This document shows, in pieces, positions 1 through 11,006 of a stretch of 64,000 nucleotides of DNA. The stretch is from an uncultured Spirochaetota bacterium (lineage in GTDB: Bacteria; Spirochaetota; Spirochaetia; SZUA-6; Fen-1364). Under the pieces are notes generated by a model. It did not search any database, had not been told where the DNA came from, and saw only the letters and a program-made list of their open reading frames with translations. Made by a program: the position numbers and the translations under genes. Each line of letters opens with the position of its first letter. Position 1 is the stretch's first letter. The stretch covers positions 1 to 64,000 of the forward strand of contig CAWAHW010000003.1 of NCBI GenBank assembly GCA_963781885.1, in the 5' to 3' direction.

Positions 1-894
1 GGCCGACGTCGAGCAGAGCACCCCGGTGTGCGCTCCCAGGAACCAGGCCTCGCAGCTCTTCCTTTCGGATGCGTCCAGCCCCGCGTGATAGAAGCGCACG
101 GTCCGCGCGGGGAGTCTCCGCGCGAGCTCACGCGCCGTCATCTCCGTTCCCTTTCGCGTCCGGCAGAACACAAGGCAGGAGCCGTCGCATTCCCTGAGGA
201 GCGTCGTGATCGCCTGCAGCCGGGAGAGCGCCGGCTGGACGCCGTAGAAGATGTTCGGCCTGTCGGGGTTCGTCTCCACGAGCCGCACGTCCCTGTCGGC
301 GAAAAGCTCATGCTTCACGTCCGCAAGCACGTCCGGGGAGGCGGTCGCGGTGAATGCCGTGAGGGAAGGCACGCCCAGGCGCGTGCAGAGCGGTCCGATG
401 TCGCGGTACGACGGGCGGAAGCTTTTGCCCCATTCGGAGATGCAGTGGGCCTCGTCCACGACGAAATGCGCGAAACCGCAGGCGGCAAGCCTCTGCTCGA
501 TGGACGGCGCAAGGCACATTTCCGGCGTCGCAAGGACGATGCGCACGGCGCCGCATTCGATTCGGGCGAACAATACATCCCTCTCCGCCGGGGTGAGTCC
601 CCCGCGCAGCGGCGCCGCGGAGACCCCTGCTCCTTCCAGCTTGCGAAGCTGGTCGGCCATGAGCGCCAGCAGCGGCATGATGACGAGCGTCGGCCCGGGC
701 AGGAGAAGCGCGGGGAGCTGGAAACAGAGCGACTTGCCCGCGCCGGTGGGAAGGACGACGATCTGGTCCCGCCCCTCGAGAATGTTGGAAATCACGAATC
801 GCTGTATCGGGTATAGGTAGCTCACGCCGAAGGCCCGCCGGGCGGTCTCTTCGAGCGGGTCCACGACGGCATGCAAAGGCTCGAGATCGCTCAT
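1..894 (-). CDS. recQ: RecQ-family ATP-dependent DNA helicase (N-terminal part; runs off window)
   Basis: Not in ORF track. Manual translation from ATG 894 gives MSDLEPL..., with LPTGAGKSLCFQLP (motif I), VVDEAHCISEWGKSFRPSY (motif II), AFTATA and FYHAGL. Frame stays open to base 1. Confidence 0.93.
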   Translation of the reverse strand, partial: MSDLEPLHAVVDPLEETARRAFGVSYLYPIQRFVISNILEGRDQIVVLPTGAGKSLCFQLPALLLPGPTLVIMPLLALMADQLRKLEGAGVSAAPLRGGLTPAERDVLFARIECGAVRIVLATPEMCLAPSIEQRLAACGFAHFVVDEAHCISEWGKSFRPSYRDIGPLCTRLGVPSLTAFTATASPDVLADVKHELFADRDVRLVETNPDRPNIFYGVQPALSRLQAITTLLRECDGSCLVFCRTRKGTEMTARELARRLPARTVRFYHAGLDASERKSCEAWFLGAHTGVLCSTSA

Positions 895-953
895 GAAGGC
901 AGCTCACTTTCTTCATCCCCCGCGCGGGAGAAGGGTCCGGAACCGATGCGCGC

Positions 954-1769
954 TCAGGTTCCCTGCGAGGAGGTCTTGGGTTTCCCCTGTATGCTCTGGC
1001 GGAAGAAATAGTCGTCGACGATTTCAATCAGCTCGGGCGTGAACTCCACGGCCATGACCACGATCAGGTCGTTCCCCTCGGCCCTTTGCAGCTCGCTTAC
1101 CTTCCCGTTCGCCGTGAACTGGTAGACCTGGAAGTACAGGCGCACGGAGCAGGCGTCCCCTTCACCGAGCGCCAGGGGAGCGGCGGAGATTCTCAAGGAG
1201 AGCGAGTTGACGGCCAGCGACACCAGCGTGGCGCGGGTCTTGCCGGCCCCCGCGACGAGCTCGACGTAGTTGTTGAAGCGCATCAGCTTCGAGGCGGGCT
1301 CATCCACGGTGATGGTCTTGCCGCTGAAGTTTTCGTACTGGCTCTTGAGGCCCTCGAAGGCGGTGATGTAGTCGCCGATGATCTCAACGAGGTCATTCGG
1401 GCACGCCTTGATGACGGCGTCCATCATGCAGACGTTCTGCTTGCCCTTCACCGGACCTATGCGCTCGATGGTGCCGCGGAGGAAGAGATTCAGGGGCTTC
1501 TTGTTGCCCGTCTTCTGAAAGGTCAGGTTGATGGAACAGAGCTTCTTTTGAAACTGCTGGAAAAAGGTGATCTCCTGGGCGCTCAGGACGACGAGGAATA
1601 TCCCCCGCTTCATGGAGAGCTGGAAGGGCGCGCAGATGAGGAGGTAATCCTCGATCTTCAGGAAGACCTGGGATTGCACGAGCCCCGTTTTCTTGAGGGC
1701 GTACGGTGTGAAGCGGATCGGCTGATCGGCGAGTTTTTCCATGTAGGTCTGGACCCGCGTTTTTGCCAT
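954..1769 (-). CDS. Spirochaete PlzA-like protein (PilZN3 + PilZ-like), c-di-GMP motifs degenerate
   Basis: 271 aa from MAKTRVQ. Size and N-terminal ICAPFQLSMKRGIFLVVLS segment resemble spirochaete PilZN3 proteins; beta-rich C-terminal half. No RxxxR or DxSxxG. Confidence 0.65.
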   Translation of the reverse strand: MAKTRVQTYMEKLADQPIRFTPYALKKTGLVQSQVFLKIEDYLLICAPFQLSMKRGIFLVVLSAQEITFFQQFQKKLCSINLTFQKTGNKKPLNLFLRGTIERIGPVKGKQNVCMMDAVIKACPNDLVEIIGDYITAFEGLKSQYENFSGKTITVDEPASKLMRFNNYVELVAGAGKTRATLVSLAVNSLSLRISAAPLALGEGDACSVRLYFQVYQFTANGKVSELQRAEGNDLIVVMAVEFTPELIEIVDDYFFRQSIQGKPKTSSQGT

Positions 1770-1880
1770 GCCGGTATAGTAGAGCGACTGGGGGCTTCTG
1801 ATCAAGCGCAGCCGCGCCCTCGTCCGCCTTTCCCTGCCGCATTCTTGACGCCCGGGTGCAAATCACGGATTCTTCACCTC

Positions 1881-2897
1881 ATGTTCCCCCCCCTGGCAGA
1901 AGGAAAGCTCCCGACGGAGCTCCTTGCGCGCCTTCTCCGCCACACGTCCCGTTCGCCGCTTCTCGCCGTCGGCGCGGAGCCGGGCGAGGACGCCGCCGTC
2001 GCCCCGGGCGCGTCCACAATCGTCATCACGAGCGATCCGATCACGTTTACCGGGGATCGCATCGGGGCCTACGCGGTCGCCGTGAATGCCAACGATATCG
2101 TCGCCATGGGGGGTGTCCCCCGGTATCTCAGCACGACGCTCCTCCTTGCCCCGGGCACGACGGAGGAGGACCTCGAGCGCATCTTTGCCGACATCGCGGA
2201 CGCCTGCGAAAAGGCGGGCATCCTCTGGGTCGGCGGTCATACCGAGGTCACACCCGTGGTCCGCCGGACGGTGGTGAGCGGGCATGCCGTCGGCTTCCTC
2301 GCGCGCGCCCCGCTTTCCACGGGCGGCGCCCGGCCGGGGGACCGGTTGTGCATGACGAAGTGGGTGGGCTTGGAAGGCACGACGACGATCGCGCGCGAGC
2401 GGCCGGCGGAATCCCGCCGGGTGCTCGGCGAAGAGCGCTTCGCCGCGGTCGTGGGCTGGCTCGACGACCCCGGCATCTCCATCGTCCGGGAGGGCAGGGT
2501 GCTCGACGGGTGTCCCCTCACGGGAGGGCATGACCCGACGGAGGGCGGCGTCGCCATGGGCATCCAGGAAATCTGCCGGCGCAGCGGTGCCGGCGCCATC
2601 GTCCGCCACGCTCTCCTCCCGATCCGCGAAGAAACGAGGCTGCTCTGCGGGCTCTTCGGCATGAACCCCCTGGGGCTGCTGTCCTCCGGCGTCTTTCTCT
2701 TCACGGCTGCGGTACCGGACGCGGAGGATGCCTGCCGAAGGCTTTCGGCCGACGGCATCCCTGCCGCCATCATCGGTGAGATCACCGCGCCGGGAAGTCC
2801 CCTTCTTCTTGAGCGAGACGGCCGTCGTCAGCCCCTTGCCTGGTCGGAAAGGGACGAGATCGTGAAGCTCGCATCCTCCCCCGTCCATCGCGCCTGA
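1881..2897 (+). CDS. AIR synthase-related (PurM/HypE/ThiL-like) protein
   Basis: MFPPLAEGKLP..., GEDAAV, SDPIT, NANDIVAMGG, GGHTEVT and HDPTEGG motifs. Confidence 0.85.
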   Translation: MFPPLAEGKLPTELLARLLRHTSRSPLLAVGAEPGEDAAVAPGASTIVITSDPITFTGDRIGAYAVAVNANDIVAMGGVPRYLSTTLLLAPGTTEEDLERIFADIADACEKAGILWVGGHTEVTPVVRRTVVSGHAVGFLARAPLSTGGARPGDRLCMTKWVGLEGTTTIARERPAESRRVLGEERFAAVVGWLDDPGISIVREGRVLDGCPLTGGHDPTEGGVAMGIQEICRRSGAGAIVRHALLPIREETRLLCGLFGMNPLGLLSSGVFLFTAAVPDAEDACRRLSADGIPAAIIGEITAPGSPLLLERDGRRQPLAWSERDEIVKLASSPVHRA

Positions 2898-2957
2898 TCG
2901 GAGCCTGTACAAAGTGCGGCTCTCCCTGTAACCTCCAGCGCGGAGGCAAACGCGGCC

Positions 2958-3761
2958 ATGGACACCCCCAAAGTTGTTCTCATCACCGGAGCTTCAACGG
3001 GTATCGGCAAGGCGTGCGCCGCGTACCTGGGCGCCCGGGGCTATCGCGTGTACGGCACGAGCCGCCGCGCCGCGGAGACACCCACGGCGACCGGTCCCTA
3101 CACGATGATCCGCATGGACATCACCGACAACGCGTCGGTGAAGAAGGGCGTGGACCTCGTTGCCGGACGCGAAGGCCGCATCGACGTCGCCTTCAATAAC
3201 GCGGGGGCGCACATCGTCGGGCCCGTGGAGGACGTCTCCATCGATGATGCGGAGAAGAGCATCCAGACGAATTTTTTCGGCGCGCTGCGCGTCTGCAGGG
3301 CCGTCATCCCGCTCATGCGGGCGGCGGGCGGCGGGAGCATCATCAATATGAGCTCGGTGGGCGGCGTCCTGAGCCTGCCGTACCAGGGCATCTACGGGGC
3401 GGGGAAGTTCGCGCTGGAAGGAATGACGGAGGCGCTCCGCGTCGAGGTGCGGCACTTCGGGATCCGCGTGTCGGTGATCGAGCCCGGGGACATCCGCACG
3501 CAGGACTGCCGCACGGTCAGCTTCGCCACCACCGCCTACGAGCCCTGGTTCAGCACCGCCGTCAAGCTCTATGAGGCCGACGAGAAAAAGGGCTACCCGC
3601 CCGAAAAGATCGGGCCGCTCGTGGAGCACATCATGAACAACCCGAACCCGAAGCTCCACTACAGCTTCGGCAGGACGTTCCAGTCGCTCGTGCCTTTTTT
3701 CAAGCGCGTGACGCCGCAGCGCCTGGCGCAGTGGCTCTTCTGCCAGATGTACAAGACCTGA
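2958..3761 (+). CDS. SDR-family oxidoreductase
   Basis: TGASTGIG Rossmann motif, NNAG, catalytic YGAGK (YxxxK). Confidence 0.92.
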   Translation: MDTPKVVLITGASTGIGKACAAYLGARGYRVYGTSRRAAETPTATGPYTMIRMDITDNASVKKGVDLVAGREGRIDVAFNNAGAHIVGPVEDVSIDDAEKSIQTNFFGALRVCRAVIPLMRAAGGGSIINMSSVGGVLSLPYQGIYGAGKFALEGMTEALRVEVRHFGIRVSVIEPGDIRTQDCRTVSFATTAYEPWFSTAVKLYEADEKKGYPPEKIGPLVEHIMNNPNPKLHYSFGRTFQSLVPFFKRVTPQRLAQWLFCQMYKT

Positions 3762-3821
3762 GGGGAGACGGGACGCCCGGGGAGAATTGCTTCCTGCAGT
3801 CGCCGGGCCGGAATTGCCGGC

Positions 3822-5768
3822 TCAGCCGGTCACCAGGTCCGGTTTCTTTTCCCAGATTTTCGATTCGATGAAGATGGTCACGAGGTCCGGGTCGAGCTTC
3901 TTTTCCTTCACCTCGATGTTGAGAATGTCGAGCGCTTTCTGCGCGGGCACCGCGCGCTTGTAGGGGCGGTCGCTCGCGGTGAGGGCATCGAAGATGTCCG
4001 ACACGGTCATCATGCGCGTCTGGATGGGAATCTCGGGAGAGTGGATGCCTCGGGGATAGCCGTCGCCGTCGAGTTTTTCGTGGTGGCCGTAGGCGATGGC
4101 GGGGATGTTCTGCATCTCCTTGGTCCAGGGTATCGTCCGCAGGAACAGGAACGTGTGCGTGACGTGGCTTTCGATCTCCTTGCGCTCCGATTCGTCCAGG
4201 CTTCCCTTCTTGATGCTGAGCTTCAGGTACTCGTCGTCGTTGAGGAAGGGAATGACCTCTGCTCCCTGCTCCTGGAAGCTCTTTCCGTGGATCTCCTCAA
4301 GGATCCGCGCCGGCTCCTCCGCCAGGACCGAGGGCTCGTTGGCTGTCGCGATGTTCTGAAGGTATCGCTCGACCTCCGCCAAGTAGCCGGCTTCCCGACG
4401 GTCAAGCTCCTCCCGAACGCGGGCATAGCCTTCGGGCCCGCCGGCAAGCAGCGCTTCGAACCGCTCCTTGGTCAGGCCGTATAGCATCGCCTTCTGGATG
4501 TAAGCGAAACGCATCTTCAAGAGGTCCAGCTGCGCGGGGTAGAGCTTTTTCGCCTTGACCAGCACGTGCTCGCGGACGCCGACCTTGCCGAAATCGTGCA
4601 GGAGGCTGGCGTAGCGGATCTCCTTGAGGTGCTCCGCGGTGAAGTGGACGCCCGCGTAGGCCCCGCCGTCGACGCGATCCACCGCCTTGGCCAGCCCGAC
4701 CGTGTAGAGGGCGACCCGGTTGGAATGACCCGAGGTCGTGGGGTCCCGCGACTCGATTGCCTGCACTGATGCCTTCACGAAGCCTTCGAAAAGGGTTTCG
4801 ATCTCCTGATAGAGGAGGTTGTTCTCAAGGGAGACAGCGGCCTGGGACGCGAGGGAGAGCATGACGGGCTCGATGTCGTGGCTGAACGGGATGACGTACT
4901 TCTCCACGTCATCGGGCGTCTTGATGAGCTCGGACCAGTCGCTCTTCCTGTTGATGAGCTGCACGACGCCGAGGATCTCGCTCTTGTGGTCCTTCATGGG
5001 CACGGTGAGCATGCTCTTGCACCGGTAGCCGGTCGTCTTGTCCGTTTCGATGTTGTAGCTGTACTCCCGGTCGGCGGGGATCTTGTAGGCATCTTCGATG
5101 TTGAGCACCGTGCCCGTGGATGCCACATATCCCGAGACCCCCTTCTTGGACAGGGGGAAGGTGAACTCGGAGTAGTCGCGCGGGTTGGAGTCGTTCTGGG
5201 CGAACTTCGCCCGCAGCCTCTGCCCGCCGGTTTTCTCGTCCTTCTCCAGCAGGTAGATGGTTCCGGCGTCCGCGCACGATATGCGGCGAAGCTGTCGCAG
5301 GATGTAGTCCAGGAGCTTGTTGTTGTCGCGCTCGGCCGACAGGGCGATCCCGACCTGCAGGAGCTCCGAGTTCTCCGTCTCGCGCAGCCGCAGGAGCGCT
5401 TCCTTGGCCGCGAGCTCCCGCTCCAGGTGCAGCTGGCGGAAGAGATTGCGAACCGTGCGCGTGAAGGCCGCCGGGTTCTTGAAGGAGAAGATCTCGTCGA
5501 AGACCAGGCCCGCCGGCGCCGTGTCCGCGAATAGGGACGAACCCTTCGGATTCCAGAGCAGGACGGACCCGGACGCGAGACCGGCGTCGCGGATGGCGTC
5601 GCTATGAGCAGCGATGAAGTCCGCATCCACGAACCACGCCACGAGGTCGGCGGTGTCGGGGCCGGCGGCGAAGGTGCGCACGCGCTTCATGGAAAGGCCC
5701 TTCTCCTTGCGGACGGCCGCCGGGAGCTCGGGCACGGTGCCTGCCACCTTCAATACGAGTTTCGCCAC
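3822..5768 (-). CDS. GAF + HD-GYP cyclic dinucleotide phosphodiesterase
   Basis: GAF (SMLTVPMK...GVVQLIN), RDPTTSGHS, LHDFGK, HHEKLDGDGYP, DIFDAL, RPYK; GTG start with AAGGAG RBS. Confidence 0.92.
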   Translation of the reverse strand: MAKLVLKVAGTVPELPAAVRKEKGLSMKRVRTFAAGPDTADLVAWFVDADFIAAHSDAIRDAGLASGSVLLWNPKGSSLFADTAPAGLVFDEIFSFKNPAAFTRTVRNLFRQLHLERELAAKEALLRLRETENSELLQVGIALSAERDNNKLLDYILRQLRRISCADAGTIYLLEKDEKTGGQRLRAKFAQNDSNPRDYSEFTFPLSKKGVSGYVASTGTVLNIEDAYKIPADREYSYNIETDKTTGYRCKSMLTVPMKDHKSEILGVVQLINRKSDWSELIKTPDDVEKYVIPFSHDIEPVMLSLASQAAVSLENNLLYQEIETLFEGFVKASVQAIESRDPTTSGHSNRVALYTVGLAKAVDRVDGGAYAGVHFTAEHLKEIRYASLLHDFGKVGVREHVLVKAKKLYPAQLDLLKMRFAYIQKAMLYGLTKERFEALLAGGPEGYARVREELDRREAGYLAEVERYLQNIATANEPSVLAEEPARILEEIHGKSFQEQGAEVIPFLNDDEYLKLSIKKGSLDESERKEIESHVTHTFLFLRTIPWTKEMQNIPAIAYGHHEKLDGDGYPRGIHSPEIPIQTRMMTVSDIFDALTASDRPYKRAVPAQKALDILNIEVKEKKLDPDLVTIFIESKIWEKKPDLVTG

Positions 5769-5800
5769 GGAGACTCCTTCATTCCCCTCACTTCTATAGT

Positions 5801-7579
5801 TTAGTGAACGGCATACAGCTCTTCAAGGATAGCCGTCACGAGCCTCGCGGAGCGTGTTTTCGCGCTCCCCCGCGGCGTGACGGAGCCGGCGCGCGGTGTC
5901 ACGCCGCTGCGCGTGTCCGTGACGGTCCAGCGCACGGAGCCGTCGCTGGCGCGCGTGATTCCCATGCTGAAGCGCGCGCCGGGGAAGCATTCCGACCCTG
6001 CCCGTCGAAGGAACCGGGTGACCAGGGCGCGCTCGTGCCAGGACCATCCCCCACCCGTAAATTGTATCGCGAACGGGAGCCCGATTCCTGCCTGCGGGAG
6101 GGCGCCGGGATTGATCTGGTAAAGCTGGACGATCGCATCCCGCCGACGCTCCGCGTCCTCCCGGCCGGAGAGCAGGGGGATGAGGGCGAGAAGGGCATCC
6201 GCCGCCGGCTCCTTTTCCCAGAACGGATCGAACTGGGAGAGGGAGCCTTCCAGGAGCGGCGTGGAATGACGGATTTTTCCCTCCTCCAGCTGGTAGTAGG
6301 GGAGCGCATGCGGCGTGCGCGCCGTTTCCAGCGCACGGGCCTTTGCGAGGTAGGAGAGCGCGACGTCGGGATAGGACTCGTTGCCGCGGTAGAAATCCCA
6401 CCACGCCTCCTCGAAGGACTTCTGGTCGAGGTAGTGGGTGCCGGCTTCCAGAGAAAGCGCGTGGAAACGCTGGCCGTGGTACCAGGCGAGCAGGCGATGC
6501 CGCAGCGATTCGACGATGGCGCGGACCCAGTCCACCGGGCCCGTGGTCGGCCGGTGGGCCTCCCGGACGGCCAGGCCCTTCTCCACGCCGGTCAGCAGCT
6601 CGTGAAGGTCCTTGACGTGGCGGGTGACGTCCGTGCCGTAGTACAGCAGCCAGGCCATGTCCTTGGATCCCAGCACCTGCTCGCCGTAGCTGCGCGCGAG
6701 ATCGAGCCTGCCGAACTTCTGGTAGAGGATGCCGAGATTCACCTTCGCCAGCGGCGTCGTGTCCTTCGCGTAGGCCGCCAGGTACTCCTGCTCGGCGGCC
6801 GGGAAATCCATGCGCGACTGGAAAAGCTCGCCGCGGGCGAGGTGCCCCGAGGGACGGTCCTCCATGGCGATCGATTCCTCGGTGAAGCGGAGCGCGGAGT
6901 TGAAGTGGAAGAAGTTGTGCTCCAGGAGGGAAAGGTTGTAGTAGGCGATGGCGGCGAAGTCGCGGTCGCCGGCCCGCAGCGCCTCGTTGAGCGATTTCAT
7001 GTAATAGTCGCGGGACTGATCGTAGCGGTTCATGCCGGAGTAGACGGTGCCCAGCGTCATCGCCATGCCCCGCTGCATCCCCAGCTTCTTCAGGCCCTGG
7101 AGGAGGACCTGCTCGCCCTTGTCCAGCTGCTGGGTCTTGAAGTACATCCAGCCCAGGTCGTCGATGGTCTCCCCGCTGTCGGGGTACTGCTGGAGGATGC
7201 GCGTGAGGTAATCGATGGAGCTCATGTCCTGGTTGAGCTTGCCATAGCTGCGGGAGATCTGCGTGAGCGTCGCGTAGTCGGTCGCGCCCCTCTTTTCCGC
7301 CTCCTTGTATTCGGCAAGCGCCAGGGGGTACAGCTCCTTGTCGTAGTACAGGTCACCCAGCGCGAGGTTCGCCTTCGGCGATGACGGGTACTTCGTCTTT
7401 GCCTCGGTGAGGAGCTTCACGGCCGACTCAAAGGCGTTCTGCGTGATGGCATCCTGGGCCTGCGACGTGAGCCCCTCCAGCGTGTCGTCCTGCGGCGCCT
7501 GGCCGAATGCGCGGTCGGTGCCGCACGGGCCGCAGAGCGCCAGGGCAAGGACTGCAAGGATACGGCCGCGCATTCTCAT
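5801..7579 (-). CDS. Secreted tetratricopeptide-repeat protein
   Basis: Own ATG (MRMRGRILAVLALALC, signal-peptide-like) overlaps upstream TGA as ATGA at 7576-7579; multiple TPR-like repeats. Confidence 0.82.
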   Translation of the reverse strand: MRMRGRILAVLALALCGPCGTDRAFGQAPQDDTLEGLTSQAQDAITQNAFESAVKLLTEAKTKYPSSPKANLALGDLYYDKELYPLALAEYKEAEKRGATDYATLTQISRSYGKLNQDMSSIDYLTRILQQYPDSGETIDDLGWMYFKTQQLDKGEQVLLQGLKKLGMQRGMAMTLGTVYSGMNRYDQSRDYYMKSLNEALRAGDRDFAAIAYYNLSLLEHNFFHFNSALRFTEESIAMEDRPSGHLARGELFQSRMDFPAAEQEYLAAYAKDTTPLAKVNLGILYQKFGRLDLARSYGEQVLGSKDMAWLLYYGTDVTRHVKDLHELLTGVEKGLAVREAHRPTTGPVDWVRAIVESLRHRLLAWYHGQRFHALSLEAGTHYLDQKSFEEAWWDFYRGNESYPDVALSYLAKARALETARTPHALPYYQLEEGKIRHSTPLLEGSLSQFDPFWEKEPAADALLALIPLLSGREDAERRRDAIVQLYQINPGALPQAGIGLPFAIQFTGGGWSWHERALVTRFLRRAGSECFPGARFSMGITRASDGSVRWTVTDTRSGVTPRAGSVTPRGSAKTRSARLVTAILEELYAVH

Positions 7580-9715
7580 GGGCGCCGCGCCGGCGCGCCG
7601 GCAGGGTTCACGATGCCCAGGATCCTGCGCGGGGCCGGCACGTCCTTCTGCCATTGGACATCGAATGCCGAAAGGCGCGCGTGCGCCTCCGCCAGGTCCT
7701 CCGCGTCGAAGTGATCCGCAAAGGACGCCTTCAGGTAGGACTCCACGACCGGGGAAAGATCGATCGTGTGCGCCGCCCGTATCCTCTCGGCGTGCTCCAG
7801 CGGCGACTCGACGGGCTTCCTGCCATAGCCCACGCCGGTGAGCCGCACGAGGGTGAGTGAATAGAGGGACTTCATGCGCCGCCGGGGGTGGCGCGAGAGA
7901 AGACCCGGGCAGGGACGGCAGGAGCTTCGCGCAGAAGAGGAAGAGGACGAAGAGGGCGGGAAGCACGATGTACCAGAGGCGCGCCACCAGCAGGGCGATG
8001 CGCGCGATCTCCTGTCCGATCGCGGACGCGGCCCCCAGCGCCATCGGGGTGGGTCGGGCCAGGTCCTCCACGTCCGTCTGGTTTTTCACGATCTCCGCGA
8101 TCAGCTTCGCCATCAGGTCACGATCCGGCGCCGGTGGGGGCGTGAAATCCTCCCCCGGGGCGAGGTTGGACGACGTGGGATCGAACTCCACCCATCCGAG
8201 GTCTCCGAAGTTCACCTCCACCCACGCGTGAGCTTGGAAGGCGCGGACCTCGTAGAAGTTGAGGACCTCGGATTGCGGGTCGACGGAGAAGCCGACGGCC
8301 ACGCGGGCGGGGATGCCGAGACTCCGGCACATGAGCGCCATGGCGAAGGCGAAGTAGGAGCAGTAGCCCTTCTTCGAGACGAAAAGGAAATGGTGGAGCT
8401 GGTTGCCGTCCTCCGCGATGCCCGGCTTCAGCGAATAGAGGTAGTTGTTTTTTAGGAACGACTCTATGGCGGCTGCCTTTTCGTAGTAGCCCGTGAGCCC
8501 TTTCGTGACCTGCTGCGCCAGGGCAGCGATCTGTGCGTCGTCGCCTGCGCGCGTATAGAACGCCAGATCCTGGCCCGGCATGTCCGGCCGCTCGGTGATG
8601 CGTTGCGGGCCGGCGGACGAGCGCATGACCCGCGAATCAACGCGGTAGACCCGGAGGAAGGAGGATGACTTCCAGTTCTGGAGCGGCATCACGCGCACGG
8701 GATAGTTCAGGGAGATGAGGGAGGAGGGGTCGAGGGTCAGGAAGTAGTACTCCTGGCTCACCTTGTCCCTGCCGCGGAATCCGGGATCGCGGAAGGCCTC
8801 GGTCGTGTCCGGCACCACCGTCGGGTACTCATCGCCGTCGGGGCCCTTGTCCATGAAGAAGCCTTGGTTCGCGGCGTAGCCCGAGAGCACGAAACGGCGC
8901 AACAGGTAGCGTTCTGCCTTTCCCTCCGTGCGGAACAGCATCACTGCCTGGTCGGACGTGCGGATCTCGCTTTCCAGGCGCACGTACGGGGCGAAGTCGA
9001 AGCGGAAGAGCGTGGGCTTCATGAGACCGCCGCCTGCCATCACGGCCCCCTCGCCGTAGCGGTTGAGGAGGAACAGGAGGAAGACGAGCAGCAGCGGCAC
9101 GAGGATCCAGGAGAAGCTCGCCACTGCCCGCGCATCGACGCGCTCCCCTTCCGCGCGGCGAAGGGGCATGCCCGCCAGGAGGAGGACGAAGAATTCCGCC
9201 AGGACGAACATCGCCAGCACCCACGCGAAGTACGAGGGGTGGGGGTACACGGTGAGCTTGTAGCCTGCCTGGGTCCAGAACACGAGGACGAGGAGGACCG
9301 CGTTGAGGGCCGCCTCCACGATCACGAAGCGCGGGTGCCGCAGCGCGAGGAACGTGAAGAGCCATGCAACCCCGTAGCCCACGAGGGCCGGCGCGAAATC
9401 CTTGTCGAAATAGAAGAAAAGGAAGTCGGTCGCGGGGGCGGAGACCACGGCGCGCTGCATGCGGAAGACGAGGAAGAAAAGCGCGCGCAGGGCGAAGGGC
9501 AGCAGCGCCGCCAGGACGAGCGAGGGCAGGAAACGCAGGTGCGTCTTCTCCATTGCGAGCGCCGCGAGCACAGCGATGAGGAAGGCGGCGCTCTGGAACG
9601 GGAGGTCGAGCTGATCGCTCAGCTGGAGGAAGACATTGACCAGGAGGAAATAGAGCACGAGGCTGCGTAGGAGGAAAAGCGCGAGCGTGCGCCCCGTTTC
9701 AGACCTCCGCTGCAT
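7576..9715 (-). CDS. Membrane transglutaminase-like protein (TgpA-like); one frameshift at about 7905
   Basis: N-terminal TM helices; GYCSYFA, AHAWVEV, WVEFDPT (Cys-His-Asp triad). C-terminus continues in ORF 7576..7875 if one base is removed at CCCGGG 7904-7909. Confidence 0.85.
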
Positions 9716-10995
9716 GACGCACCTTCCACTGGGCACCATTGTATCGCGCGAGGTCCTGCTCCAGGAGATCCCGGAACGCGTCCCGTTCCCGTCTTCGCAC
9801 CGCGAGGGATGCGCGGTCCGCGCCCGCGTCCTGCGGGACGAAAAGCAGGGACCGCAGGGTGCGCCGCGGCGCCGCGGGCCGGTCGGGCAGCCCCTGGAGG
9901 AAGAGGCTCACCCCCCATCCCTTCTCCTTGACCTTTGCCATGATGTGCGGAAGACCCGGCGAGCCGGGTGACGACCAGACGGCCACGTGCATTCCTCTCC
10001 GGGGAAGATCCGGCGCCCAGGGTGCGTCCGTCCACCAGGCGTCCGCGAGGGCGCTCATGACAGTCTCATCGGAATACGCGCGGCACTCGCGCATCCCCGG
10101 GAGGGACAGCATGACGTCGAGGCCCTTTGCCATGAGTGCCACCATGGAGGCCGTGCATGATTCGACAAGCCGATCCAGGTAGTCTGCCCGCACGGAGGCG
10201 GGGACATGCGCGTTCGGCGACAGGTCGAGCACGAAGAGCACCCGGGACTCCGGCGGCGGCACCTCTTCGCCGATGCGCAGGAAAAGCTCATCGGTGTGGG
10301 CGTACACCTTCCAGTTCAGCCTCCGCACGTCGTCGCCGGGGTAATACTTACGCGCCTCCAGGAGCTCCTCGCTTCGGCGACGGCGCGCGCTGAGGGCGGC
10401 TTCGTCGGCCTGCTCGAGCACCAACTGCGTCGGGTCGACCTTGCGCACGGCGGGGAAGACGGTGAGGGATTCCTGCTGCGCAACGGCGAGCCTGTGGGAC
10501 GTGAAGCCCAGAAGGTCGCGCGCCTCGAGCACGGCCGCGTCGCTTGCGAACACGCCCCGCTGCAGCGGGCTGAATGCGACGGTGGGGCGATTGTCGCCGG
10601 GGGAAAGCCTCACGGCCACCGAATCGATGCGCCGCTCGTGCCACACCAGGGGCAGGGAGAGCCTCACGGAGAAGCCCGGCGGGAACGCGCGGGGAAGAAG
10701 GACGGCGGCGTGCGCCTCAGCCGTTTCCCCCGGCGGCACGCCGTTCGCCGGGCAGGACGCAGGAGAGGAAGTCGGGTGCCCGGGTGCGGCGCCGGCGCAG
10801 GGAAAGACGGAAGACGTGGCCGACGATAAGGCTGTAGAGCGTGAAAAGGAGGAAGCTCGATCCCCAGAAGAGCGCGGCAAGATCCGCACGCACCACCCCG
10901 GCTGCCAGGAGGGTCGCGGAGAGGAGGAGGATGCAGAGACCGCGGAGCGTGAGGGGAAAAATCGTGTGGATGAAGCCTCCCCACACACGGGCCAT
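9699..10995 (-). CDS. DUF58 domain protein (MoxR-associated); frameshift at about 10720-10755
   Basis: N-terminus MARVWGG...PLTLRG with two TM segments (ORF 10717..10995) joined to the frame carrying ARKYYPGDDVRRLNWKVYAH and FVLDLS. Confidence 0.85.
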
Positions 10996-11006
10996 GATGC
11001 GCCTGC

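Noticed and set aside
5801-9739. 1312-aa transglutaminase-TPR fusion in the ORF track
   Set aside because: The joining segment is out-of-frame gibberish. The true C-terminus lies in ORF 7576..7875, and the TPR gene has its own ATGA-overlap start and signal peptide.
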